A stretch of 48,353 nt of DNA from Nitrospirota bacterium (lineage in GTDB: Bacteria > JACPQY01), in assembly GCA_016180645.1 (NCBI GenBank), contig JACPAV010000009.1, positions 62,001 to 110,353 on the forward strand, written 5' to 3'. Numbering within the stretch: the first letter of the stretch is position 1; each line of letters starts with the position of its first letter. The position numbers and the translations under genes are program-made. Shown here piece by piece: positions 37,789 to 46,205 of the stretch. The notes under the pieces were generated by a model. That model had not been told where the DNA came from. It searched no databases and worked only from the letters and a program-made list of their open reading frames with translations.

Positions 37789-39266
37789 CGCGGTCCGGTT
37801 TCCCGCTCCTCTTCACGCAAGCTCTTCAAATCCGTGTCCAAGGCGCGGCGGGTTTCCGACAACATTGTTTTGAGATCCCCTTCCGGCTCGATGAACCGAC
37901 GGATGGCGTCCTTCCAGATGGCCTGACCCGCCGGCGTCAGGCCCATGTAGTTCAGCTCCCGACTCCGAAACACCACGTCCGACTCTCCATACACGGGCGG
38001 CAGGGGAACGTCACGCGTTGCCGAAACGGTGTAGGACCACCGTGTGAAAAATGTCTGGCTCCGCTTCGAAGTGAAGAATTGCAGGAACCGAATGCCCGCA
38101 TCGATCTCGCTTCGGGATTGCCCCTGCCGGGTGACGCTGAGCCAAAGCGACGGTGAATGAGGCATGGGAGCCGGACCCGAGGCGAACGGGGAGGTCTCCC
38201 GCGTGATCTCCGGAAGGTGCATCGCTCCCTCCCGGAATGGAAACAGCCGACGCCCTCCCTGGATCGTTTCGTAGAGTTCCATATCCGCCCGAACCCGCCT
38301 GAAGTCCCCGGCCCGGAAGAGGCACTGGGGGCGGCGGCTGAAGTACAGGGGTTTGACGTGAAGGCTGTCGTATCGGTTGGCATACCAGACGAAGTATCGG
38401 CTGAGGCGTTTGAGTAGACGCAGGGATTCGACGTAGGGCTCCACCTTCTCGTGGAAACGGCGCCTTTCCAGAACCCGCCTCCAGTCCCGGCGGTCTACGA
38501 TTCCGTCCCTGTCGAAATCGAGGCGAGAGATCAGACATCGCATGACCATGCTCTGGATGGCCCGTGTGAAATACCGGATGCCGTCCGCCCCGGGGGCGTT
38601 GAACAGGGCGATCGGCCAGACGTAGTCCGCGTCGGCACAGCGTTCGAGGCAACGTTCGAGATCGGCCCACGTACGGATGGGGAGCGGTACGCCCAAGGCT
38701 TCCAGCAGATCGATATTGTAATTGAGGGCCGGGCAGGAATAGTCGATAGGGATCCGAAGGATGGGCCTTCCACCGCCGAATCCCATCGAGCGGAGAGCTT
38801 CCGGCCTGAAAGATCCGGACCAGGCCGCCGAGTGCCCCGCACCCCGTTGTTCCAGTGACGACCTCAGGTCGACGAAGCGTTCGGAGAGGCACGGGAAATT
38901 GGCCGGGATATTCTCATACAACCAGGAAACTCTCCCCGCCCGGAACTCCGAATCGCAGTCTTGCGCCCATTGAAAAACGTTTCCCATTCGGATTTGAACC
39001 CGGTATTTCCTCGTGTGGCTGCGCTCGAATTCATGGAGGAGATCGGCGAGGCCGCCGCGAGTGAACGTCATGCGCTTCCGGTCGAAGTAGCCCGGAAGCT
39101 GGCTGTTGTAGATGTACCCGTTCAGATCGGCGATCTGGAGGCGCTTCCGAGATCCCGACCGGGGAATCCGGGCAAGTGGCGGGTAGACGCGCTTCAGATC
39201 GGTGTCGGGTAGATCGACCCAGCCGAGGCCGTGGGAAGACGACGGAGATGGAAATCCCAATTCCAT
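37785..39266 (-). CDS. Solute-binding protein family 1-like hypothetical protein
   Basis: IPIDY...LNYNIDLLEALGV..P.RTWADL and AGIRFLQFFTS resemble sugar-binding SBPs; no signal peptide seen. Confidence 0.6.
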   Translation of the reverse strand: MELGFPSPSSSHGLGWVDLPDTDLKRVYPPLARIPRSGSRKRLQIADLNGYIYNSQLPGYFDRKRMTFTRGGLADLLHEFERSHTRKYRVQIRMGNVFQWAQDCDSEFRAGRVSWLYENIPANFPCLSERFVDLRSSLEQRGAGHSAAWSGSFRPEALRSMGFGGGRPILRIPIDYSCPALNYNIDLLEALGVPLPIRTWADLERCLERCADADYVWPIALFNAPGADGIRYFTRAIQSMVMRCLISRLDFDRDGIVDRRDWRRVLERRRFHEKVEPYVESLRLLKRLSRYFVWYANRYDSLHVKPLYFSRRPQCLFRAGDFRRVRADMELYETIQGGRRLFPFREGAMHLPEITRETSPFASGPAPMPHSPSLWLSVTRQGQSRSEIDAGIRFLQFFTSKRSQTFFTRWSYTVSATRDVPLPPVYGESDVVFRSRELNYMGLTPAGQAIWKDAIRRFIEPEGDLKTMLSETRRALDTDLKSLREEERETGPR

Positions 39267-39277
39267 GGTGCCGCCGG

Positions 39278-39339
39278 CTATCGAGGCTAAGCCTCTATAG
39301 TAGATCCGCTGCCGTACTATAGAGGCTTAGCCTCGATAG
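39278..39339. repeat. Perfect 25-bp inverted repeat whose arms are themselves hairpins (REP doublet)
   Basis: CTATCGAGGCTAAGCCTCTATAGTA (39278-39302), 12-nt spacer, TACTATAGAGGCTTAGCCTCGATAG (39315-39339). Confidence 0.92.
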
Positions 39340-39343
39340 TCAG

Positions 39344-40375
39344 TTAGGCGGCGACGAGGGCCGGTACGGAGCGTTCCATGGGCACGGAGGGTTCCAGCAC
39401 AGGGGTTTCGGCGACGGGCAGCTCCAATGGCAGGCTCACGCGCTTGCGCTCAAACCATCGGTTGATGATGCCTTCATTCGTTAGGTTCACACAGGTCACG
39501 CCGTACTTCTTCAGGAGCCACGCCCAGGTCTCCAGTTTCTTGCAGACCACCATCATCTCGTTCGAGGCAACGGTCAGGTTCCCGTTGATATCCGCGAGAA
39601 CAATGTAGGTCGTCTTGGGTTGGACCTTGGCCCGCTGGTTGACATAGAACATGCCTCCGGTGAGAGCCATGTCCGCTCCAATCAGTACGATTTCATGGCA
39701 GCCGAGCAGGTCTCCGAGGTGAAGGGTCATGCTCCCGGTATTGAATGCGTATTCGAGTTCCGGCAGGCCCAAATCCAGCCCGGTATAGGAGGCTTCATGT
39801 CCCAGACCGGAAGGGCGGAAATAGTAGACGTTTTCCTCGCCGTACAGAGCCCTGAGTCCCGGGTCGGCCCATTGGGCCATCAACAGTCGTGTCTGTCGAT
39901 TCGGATCCGTCCATTCCGGAGCGGGAATAGGGAGGGTCCGGGCCTCCTCACGCCATCCGGCAAGCCGTGGAGCATCCACCACGCCGTCCGCAATCAGGAC
40001 GAAATCGAGGGGGTACGGGCACCAGACCGCGCCGCGATTGATCCCGACGATGATGTCATCGGGCCTGGGTGGATTTTCGCGGAGATTCTTGAAGACCGAC
40101 GGCCCCGTGAGAACGACGTAAAGACTGCGACCTTTGTATTTTCCCTTCAGATCTCGAAGGCTCTGCCGCATGGTCTGGTTCTTTCGCACGTTGTCCCTGC
40201 GCCGATCCAGGTAGGCCGATCGCCAGGCCGTCGGCGGATGAATTTGATGTGAAACTTCGGAGTACCGCCAATCGCGGCAGACGAAATTGATGTGGTCGAT
40301 GGAAATCGCGTTGTAGAGGCGGTCTCCCTTCACTTCCCCGACGTACTCGGGGATTTCCGGTATTCGGACATTCAC
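39344..40375 (-). CDS. Motility-associated factor (Maf/DUF115, MptE-like) family protein, putative flagellar glycosyltransferase
   Basis: SLRDLKGKYKGRSLYVVLTGPS...IIVGINR...LGCHEIVLIGADMAL....FY; directly downstream of flgE. GTG 40375 chosen as start. Confidence 0.75.
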   Translation of the reverse strand: MNVRIPEIPEYVGEVKGDRLYNAISIDHINFVCRDWRYSEVSHQIHPPTAWRSAYLDRRRDNVRKNQTMRQSLRDLKGKYKGRSLYVVLTGPSVFKNLRENPPRPDDIIVGINRGAVWCPYPLDFVLIADGVVDAPRLAGWREEARTLPIPAPEWTDPNRQTRLLMAQWADPGLRALYGEENVYYFRPSGLGHEASYTGLDLGLPELEYAFNTGSMTLHLGDLLGCHEIVLIGADMALTGGMFYVNQRAKVQPKTTYIVLADINGNLTVASNEMMVVCKKLETWAWLLKKYGVTCVNLTNEGIINRWFERKRVSLPLELPVAETPVLEPSVPMERSVPALVAA

Positions 40376-40414
40376 TGCCTTTTTCCCCTTGATTGCATTT
40401 CTACCTCCTTCATA

Positions 40415-40454
40415 CCCCCCACCCTCACCCTCCCCCGCAATGGGGGGGGAGGGT
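40415..40454. repeat. CCCTCACCCTCCCCC...GGGGGAGGG-type extragenic palindrome
   Basis: ACCCTCCCCC-GCAATGG-GGGGGAGGGT hairpin preceded by CCCCCCACCCTC, between flgE and the maf-like gene. Confidence 0.7.
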
Positions 40455-40513
40455 GTCATCGGGTGTATTCCTTTACGTGGTCACGCGACTACCTTGTCAC
40501 GCTGTCATCTCGG

Positions 40514-43500
40514 CTATCTTACGAGCGAGAGGACATCCTGGAGCAGGCCGTCCGTCGTCGTAATGACTCTTGTGTTGGCTTGGAAGCCTCTTTGGTTTCT
40601 CAGGAGCTGCACGAATTCCGTGGCCAGATCCACGTTGGCCAGTTCCAGTGCCCTTGACTGGATTGTGCCCGCGACGCCGGTGCCCGGATCGTTCACCACC
40701 GGGGGCCCGGACTCGAAGGTCTCGGCCCAGAGGTTGTTTCCCAGCGTTCCGAGCCCGGTCATGTTCACGAAGTTGGCGATGGCCACCCGCGCGATTCCGA
40801 ACGTCTGGCCGTTAGTGTAGAGACCGTTCACCGTTCCATCCCGAGCGACGGCCACGCGAAGAAGCGTGCCGGGGGCGTAGCCGTCCTGGGCCATCGAATT
40901 CACGATGGCCTCGGCGTTGTATTGGCTGGAGAGGTCGACGCCCGAACCACCCGACTGTGTGGTCGTGCCGAACGAGAACTTGATGCTCTGGTCCGGCTTG
41001 GATCCCGAATCGAAATCGAAATCGGTGTAGTCGGAGAAGAGGCCGTCCAGGAAACCGTACTTGCTCTCTCCGACGCTGGTGGTTTCGGGGTTCTCGGGAT
41101 TCGTCGCATCAAACAGCTTCCCTTCGTCCGAGAACTTGAGGATTCCCGCCGCTTCGATTTCGAGTCCCGTTCCCACCGCGTATCGGCTGATCAGGGAGTT
41201 GGAGGCGTTGGGCGTAACCCCGGAAGTGGGCGCCGCGAGCAACACCGATGCATTCCCGAGGCCGTTGTTGTCATTCGAATCCGTCGTGTCGAATCCGAAC
41301 AGATCGGCAAAGCCGGCGTCCGTGCGATTCCCAGTCGAATCGGCGTTCACCCCGTCGAAGTCGAAAGCGATCGGCCGGGTGGTGCTGGTGTTGGTGAGGG
41401 TGAATTTCCCGGTGGTCGAGCTGTAGGTTACGGTCACGCTGGCCGCGCTGTTGGCTTCCGTCAGCTTCGACTGGAGGTGGGCCGCCAGCTCGGACCCCGT
41501 GTACACACCCGTGGTCAAATCGACCTTCTGGAAGGTATCACCGGAGGCAAAAGACTCGCCGGAGTCGGCCCCTTCGATCGAAAAGAGGAGTGTGTTGTTG
41601 GTGTCATTCACGGTGAATCTCGACACGTCGCTCTGATCCACCCCGGCAAACCATTCCCACCGTCGCACCTCCAAGGTCCGGCCGGTGTAGCTGTCCGTCA
41701 CTACTTCTTTGGAGTCTTTCCGGAAATGCAGCTCCACCACGCGGTTGTTGCCCAAGCTGTCGTAGGCCACGAACGACGTAGAGAAGTTCGCGGTATTGGC
41801 GGCGTCCCGGGGGTCAAACCGCCCGGCCACTTCATCGCTCACCCGCACCTCGCCGGGATCCAGATCGTCGGCGATCTGGTTCACCGTCGAACCGGCCGCC
41901 AGAGACATCGGCCGGGGACCTCCCGCCGTGTCGGTCACAAAGCCGATCATCCGGGCGAATTCGAACGCGCGCCCGACAGCCAGAGTGCCGTTCGTGGAAC
42001 TTCGCGCCACGGACCCCGCGGCCATCGACAGATCGGCCGAAGTCCTCGTGAAACCGAAGAGCGCAGGCACCATTTCGTCGGTCTTGAGGATTGACCCGGC
42101 GCCCGCGGTGGTGTTGTAGTTCCAATCCAGAACGATGCTTCCGCCGCTTCCGTTCGCGTTTCTGAACACGAAATCCCGCGCGCCCTCATCGTAGGTCACT
42201 TGGAACTGATTCGCGCCCGTCAACCCCGAGCCGCGAATGGCGGTCTGGAGCGCCGCGGCCAGTTCGTTCGGCGTGTAGGTGCCGGCAGCGATGTTGACGC
42301 GCGTGTTCGTCGTCCCCTGCCGGAGCACGAGACCGCTGTTTAGAGACGATTCAATTCTCGTCCGGTAGGTCTGGATATCGATGCCGTTGAAAGGGGCCGT
42401 GCTGCTGGAGTTGGTCGTCCCCACATTGAAGCTCGCGTTGGAGCTGAAGCCCAGGATATTTTCGGCGGTCGTCCGCGGGGCGGTGAAGCCCATCCTGACG
42501 AAGGTTGTCCCCGCCCCGTAGCTATCCAACTTCAAAGAGAACTTTCCGGTGCTGCCGCTGAACGTCACCGACCACGCGCCTCCAACCTGCGCTTCTAATC
42601 GTTGCTCGATGTGGGTGGCCAGGGAGCTGGCGGTGTAGCTGCTGGTCGATCCGCCCGGATTGAGCGAGAGGGTCACGCTGCTCGTGATCGCTCCCGTCGT
42701 CGTGGAACCGATGCCGATGCTCACCATGTTGTTGATACCGGGAGTAACGGAGAAAGAGTACAAGTTCGCGTCCGTGGAGTTCAGCTTCACACTGAAACGG
42801 CCGAGTTCATTGTCGTAGGTGACGGAGAAATCGTGAACAATCCCTGAAGATTGGCCCGCCGATTCGAGAGCGGCCTCGAGCGTGGTGGCAAGCGTGGCTC
42901 CCGTGTAGACGCCCGGATTGATCGTGGCCGTCAAGGTCTTGTAGACATCGGACGGATAACCCACCATCAACTGGACGCGATCATTTTCACCGGAGACCAC
43001 GTTGAAGCCCTTCACTTCGGCGGTCGAATCGAGGTTCACCCCGGCCTTTACTTCCGTGGTCGCCTTGGGCGCGAGTTGCCACTTGTCAATCTGGATGTCC
43101 TTCGCCACACCGGTCGACTTGTTGGTCGTGGCGTTCACGCCGTACCCCTGAAGACGGTATCCGTTCGTATCGAGCAGGTATCCGCTCTTGTCAAAACGGA
43201 ACTGACCCGCGCGCGTGTAGAAGGTCCCGTCGCCGCCGGTCGTTTTCTTTACCATGAAGAATCCGTTCCCGGCGATCGCCAGATCGGTATCGGTCTGGGT
43301 GTTTTCAAAACTTCCCTGGCTGAACTCATTGACCACTTTGGCAATGTTCACCCCGCGGCCCGTGCCGAAAATATTGTCGAACCGGAAATCGGCGAGCAGG
43401 TCTTCGAATTGAACCTGGGATCTCTTGAATCCCGCGGTGTTGACGTTCGCGATGTTGTTCGAGACCACCGAGAGGGCCCGGCTGTATGTGGATAGGGCCG

Positions 43501-43534
43501 TCGTCCCTATGAAAAACGCAGGAATACCAGTCAT
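40514..43534 (-). CDS. flgE: Flagellar hook protein FlgE, unusually large (1006 aa)
   Basis: SNNIANVNTAGFK, DLAIAGNGFF, YTRAGQF, AYDSLG, QDGYAPG, LELANVDLATEF...QRGFQAN; strong SD AGGAGGTG; follows flgD. Confidence 0.95.
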   Translation of the reverse strand: MTGIPAFFIGTTALSTYSRALSVVSNNIANVNTAGFKRSQVQFEDLLADFRFDNIFGTGRGVNIAKVVNEFSQGSFENTQTDTDLAIAGNGFFMVKKTTGGDGTFYTRAGQFRFDKSGYLLDTNGYRLQGYGVNATTNKSTGVAKDIQIDKWQLAPKATTEVKAGVNLDSTAEVKGFNVVSGENDRVQLMVGYPSDVYKTLTATINPGVYTGATLATTLEAALESAGQSSGIVHDFSVTYDNELGRFSVKLNSTDANLYSFSVTPGINNMVSIGIGSTTTGAITSSVTLSLNPGGSTSSYTASSLATHIEQRLEAQVGGAWSVTFSGSTGKFSLKLDSYGAGTTFVRMGFTAPRTTAENILGFSSNASFNVGTTNSSSTAPFNGIDIQTYRTRIESSLNSGLVLRQGTTNTRVNIAAGTYTPNELAAALQTAIRGSGLTGANQFQVTYDEGARDFVFRNANGSGGSIVLDWNYNTTAGAGSILKTDEMVPALFGFTRTSADLSMAAGSVARSSTNGTLAVGRAFEFARMIGFVTDTAGGPRPMSLAAGSTVNQIADDLDPGEVRVSDEVAGRFDPRDAANTANFSTSFVAYDSLGNNRVVELHFRKDSKEVVTDSYTGRTLEVRRWEWFAGVDQSDVSRFTVNDTNNTLLFSIEGADSGESFASGDTFQKVDLTTGVYTGSELAAHLQSKLTEANSAASVTVTYSSTTGKFTLTNTSTTRPIAFDFDGVNADSTGNRTDAGFADLFGFDTTDSNDNNGLGNASVLLAAPTSGVTPNASNSLISRYAVGTGLEIEAAGILKFSDEGKLFDATNPENPETTSVGESKYGFLDGLFSDYTDFDFDSGSKPDQSIKFSFGTTTQSGGSGVDLSSQYNAEAIVNSMAQDGYAPGTLLRVAVARDGTVNGLYTNGQTFGIARVAIANFVNMTGLGTLGNNLWAETFESGPPVVNDPGTGVAGTIQSRALELANVDLATEFVQLLRNQRGFQANTRVITTTDGLLQDVLSLVR

Positions 43535-43593
43535 TTAATGTCACCTCCTAAAACCCCCAGATACCACCCCTACTCCATTCGTCATGTTTTAGG

Positions 43594-43621
43594 TTATCGG
43601 ATGAATTCACATAATTCTTTA
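43594..43621 (-). promoter_or_regulatory. Sigma28 (FliA)-like promoter upstream of flgE
   Basis: TAAA (43621-43618, overlapping the flgD stop), 16 nt, TCCGATAA (43601-43594). Confidence 0.65.
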
Positions 43622-44308
43622 AGTTGACTCGCGAATCTCCACAATGTCCTCCAGATTCAGTCGCTTGTCACCGACGCTCAGCACCACCGTGCCGTTCTCA
43701 ACGGCAACCGAAGTTACTTTGCCGTCGAGGTATTGATGAACAGGCACCAGAGAGCCATCTACCCGTTTGGCCTCGTAGCGCACCGTGTAGGTTCCATCCA
43801 CCGCCGGCTTTCCGGTCTCCGTGATTCCATCCCAAATCAGCTCATGCTCACCCTCGGTGAGACGCCCGGAATCCTTGACGCTGATCTGCTTCACCGTCTC
43901 ACCCGTTTCCGACTCGATGGTGATGTCCAACGATTGCACCGGTTCCGGGAGACTGAAACTGATCGTCTCCGGAAGACCCTGCTTGATGTCCACGGTTTCG
44001 CCCGTAGCCTTGACGTTCCTCCCGAGCAGGGAAGCCGCCTGGAGGGTGTTGAGCGAAATGAACACTTTCCCGAGTTGGTCGAAATTGTTGTTCAGAGTGA
44101 AAAGCTGCTCGAGCTGGCTGAATTGAGAAAGCTGTTGGGTCATTTCCACGTCCGATAGGGGGTTCAGGGGATCCTGATTCTGGAGCTGCGCGAGCAGGAG
44201 CTTGAGAAACTGATCCTTCTGGTCCGCTGCCTGGCTCTTTTTGTCCCTGACCGGAACGATGTTCTGTTCCTGGACCTGCGGTATGCCCTCAGGAATTCTC
44301 AATGCCAT
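43619..44308 (-). CDS. flgD: Flagellar hook capping protein FlgD
   Basis: DQFLKLLLAQLQNQDPLNP, QLSQFSQLEQL, WDG...DGTY; SD AAGGAGG before ATG 44308. Confidence 0.96.
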   Translation of the reverse strand: MALRIPEGIPQVQEQNIVPVRDKKSQAADQKDQFLKLLLAQLQNQDPLNPLSDVEMTQQLSQFSQLEQLFTLNNNFDQLGKVFISLNTLQAASLLGRNVKATGETVDIKQGLPETISFSLPEPVQSLDITIESETGETVKQISVKDSGRLTEGEHELIWDGITETGKPAVDGTYTVRYEAKRVDGSLVPVHQYLDGKVTSVAVENGTVVLSVGDKRLNLEDIVEIREST

Positions 44309-44344
44309 GACGCCCTCCTTTGATTCCCTCCAACGCATCCTCGC

Positions 44345-44368
44345 CTATCGAGGCTAAGCCTCGATAGT
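44345..44368. repeat. Third copy of the CTATCGAGGCTAAGCCTC palindrome
   Basis: CTATCGAGGC-TAA-GCCTCGATAG-T, a perfect 10-bp stem between fliK and flgD. Confidence 0.9.
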
Positions 44369-44390
44369 GGAACGTTATTCACAATGTTGT

Positions 44391-46118
44391 TCACGCGAAA
44401 AGATCCACGCGCCCCAGATCCAGCAGGACCCGGTTGAACCCCGCATCGGGCGCGCCCGGCATGTCCAGGGTCTCGTGATAATTCCTCCGGCCGCCTTCCC
44501 TCTCGTCGCCGGAATCGTGCCCGCCGGTCATCTCTCCGGCCATGCCGTTGGGATTGGATGCCGTCTGTGCAAGATCCTGCTGATCCACCGTCACCTGAAG
44601 ATTCTCCAGGCGCAATCCCTGCTGCGCAAAGGTGTCCTTCAGGGCCTGGAGGTTGCTTTCCAGCACGTTCTTCACGGCCGAGTTCTCCGTAAAGATCGCC
44701 ACGGACAGCTCGCCTTGTTTCGATCCCACCTCGATACGGAGCTTTCCCAGAAATTCCGGCTTGAGCTGAATCTCGATTCGCGTTTCCTTGCGACCGATCT
44801 GTACGCGGGCCTTGTCCACGATCTGGTGGAGGATATCCCGGCCCAGGTCCGTCGAGGGCGTGAAGGTCTGGTCTCCCGACCTGCCGGCCTCGGCCGTCGC
44901 CCCCTGCTGCGTCAGCACGGCCTGATGCATGCCGCTCCACCCGTTCCCCTGGTTCAGGAAATTGCCGCCAACGTCGGAGCGGGCCTCGGAGGAACCTTTG
45001 GCTGCCGATGCATCGAGAACGGGATTCCAATCCAAACCCTTGATCGCCGGATCAACTTTTGCGGTAGCAGCCTTGGGCGAGGTTCCGGCCGCCGCGAACG
45101 CCCGTTCGTCCCCCTCCGCCATGCTGACCCCGCTCGTGCCCTCCGCGCCTTTACCCTCCGGCGCGGCTTTCGAACTCAAGTCGATGAGGGGCGGCTTGGC
45201 TTCTATCCCAGGCGCAGTGGCGTTGGCGGGCTGGGACTTAGGCGCCTCCGGCACAGCCACAGGCCCGCCTTTCGCATTTTTGGCCTGCGCGGCAATCTTG
45301 AGAGCCTCGTTCTTGATGGCTTCGAGCTCGTCGGCCGATTCCGAGGTTTCGTCTTCCCCGCTCAGAACGACAGCCGCGCTCTGCGGGTCCGCCTGGGTCT
45401 GTGGATTCTTCTGGTCGGCGGCCGCGTCTTGTTCCGGCAGGGGGATCGCAGCGTCCTTCAGCGTTTGCTGCGTCTGACCGGGCTGGGCGGCCGGGTTTTG
45501 TGTCGCTCCTGCGCCCTTGGCCGCAGACTCGGCGGGTGTCTCGGTGGGAAGCGTCGGCGCTTTGAGATCCATCGTGGCGTTCTCATAGGACGCCTGGCGG
45601 CTGGCCTCCTGCTGAACGGCCATCGACTGGCGCTTTTCGTCGAGGATCCCGAGGAACTGCTCGGCACTGACAGATTGTCCATCCTTAACAATCACCCACG
45701 TCCCGTTCTGCTCCTGGAGCCCGAGACCGAGGTAGTTGAGAAGTTCCGAAAGTTGGTCCGGATTCGCGCCCTGCGCCAGCTCCAAGCCCTGATCGGAAAT
45801 CTGGATGCCCAGTTTCGCCAGGAGATTTTCGACCTCGTCCGTAAGCCCCTGGCCCCCATCGAGGGCCTGGAAGAGGGCTTGGAGAAAATCGGACACGGCA
45901 TTTTCTGCTCCCGGTGCGGCAAGATTTTCCGGGCCTAGAACCGGGTTGGTCAGCTTTGAAAGATCTTGAGGATTGAGTTGAATGGAGTTGAAAAGTTGAG
46001 CGAAAATTTTGCCGAACGGTTGGGAACCACTGGGATTTTGTGACGGCGCCTCGACCGGTTGAGCCGGTGCGACGTCGACCTTTCCCAACAGGATGTCCAG
46101 GGGAGACATGTCTGCCAT
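44391..46118 (-). CDS. fliK: Flagellar hook-length control protein FliK
   Basis: Long low-complexity A/P/Q-rich region with C-terminal IQLKPEFLGKLRIEV...LESNLQALKDTFAQQGL; upstream of flgD. ATG 46118 or 46109, because the ORF-track TTG lies within the sigma54 box. Confidence 0.9.
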   Translation of the reverse strand: MADMSPLDILLGKVDVAPAQPVEAPSQNPSGSQPFGKIFAQLFNSIQLNPQDLSKLTNPVLGPENLAAPGAENAVSDFLQALFQALDGGQGLTDEVENLLAKLGIQISDQGLELAQGANPDQLSELLNYLGLGLQEQNGTWVIVKDGQSVSAEQFLGILDEKRQSMAVQQEASRQASYENATMDLKAPTLPTETPAESAAKGAGATQNPAAQPGQTQQTLKDAAIPLPEQDAAADQKNPQTQADPQSAAVVLSGEDETSESADELEAIKNEALKIAAQAKNAKGGPVAVPEAPKSQPANATAPGIEAKPPLIDLSSKAAPEGKGAEGTSGVSMAEGDERAFAAAGTSPKAATAKVDPAIKGLDWNPVLDASAAKGSSEARSDVGGNFLNQGNGWSGMHQAVLTQQGATAEAGRSGDQTFTPSTDLGRDILHQIVDKARVQIGRKETRIEIQLKPEFLGKLRIEVGSKQGELSVAIFTENSAVKNVLESNLQALKDTFAQQGLRLENLQVTVDQQDLAQTASNPNGMAGEMTGGHDSGDEREGGRRNYHETLDMPGAPDAGFNRVLLDLGRVDLFA

Positions 46119-46132
46119 CGGGAGTGAAGAGG

Positions 46133-46147
46133 GCAATCCCCGTGCCA
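46133..46147 (-). promoter_or_regulatory. Sigma54 (RpoN) -24/-12 promoter of fliK-flgD-flgE
   Basis: TGGCAC-GGGGA-TTGC, an exact match to TGGCAC-N5-TTGC. Confidence 0.85.
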
Positions 46148-46177
46148 GAATCGCAGCCGGTGCCTCGGCATGTTTCG

Positions 46178-46205
46178 GTAGGGGCGAGGCATACCTCGCC
46201 CCTAC
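46178..46205. repeat. REP-like palindrome GTAGGGGCGAGG-CATA-CCTCGCCCCTAC
   Basis: Perfect 12-bp stem with GTAG at both 5' ends; contains the TAG stop of the DUF3179 gene. Confidence 0.85.

Noticed and set aside
39278-39339. Mini CRISPR array or intrinsic terminator
   Set aside because: The repeats are inverted with a 12-nt spacer, there is no U-tract and there are no cas genes.
40485-40512. Possible GTCAC-based short repeat after flgE
   Set aside because: Too degenerate to distinguish from chance.
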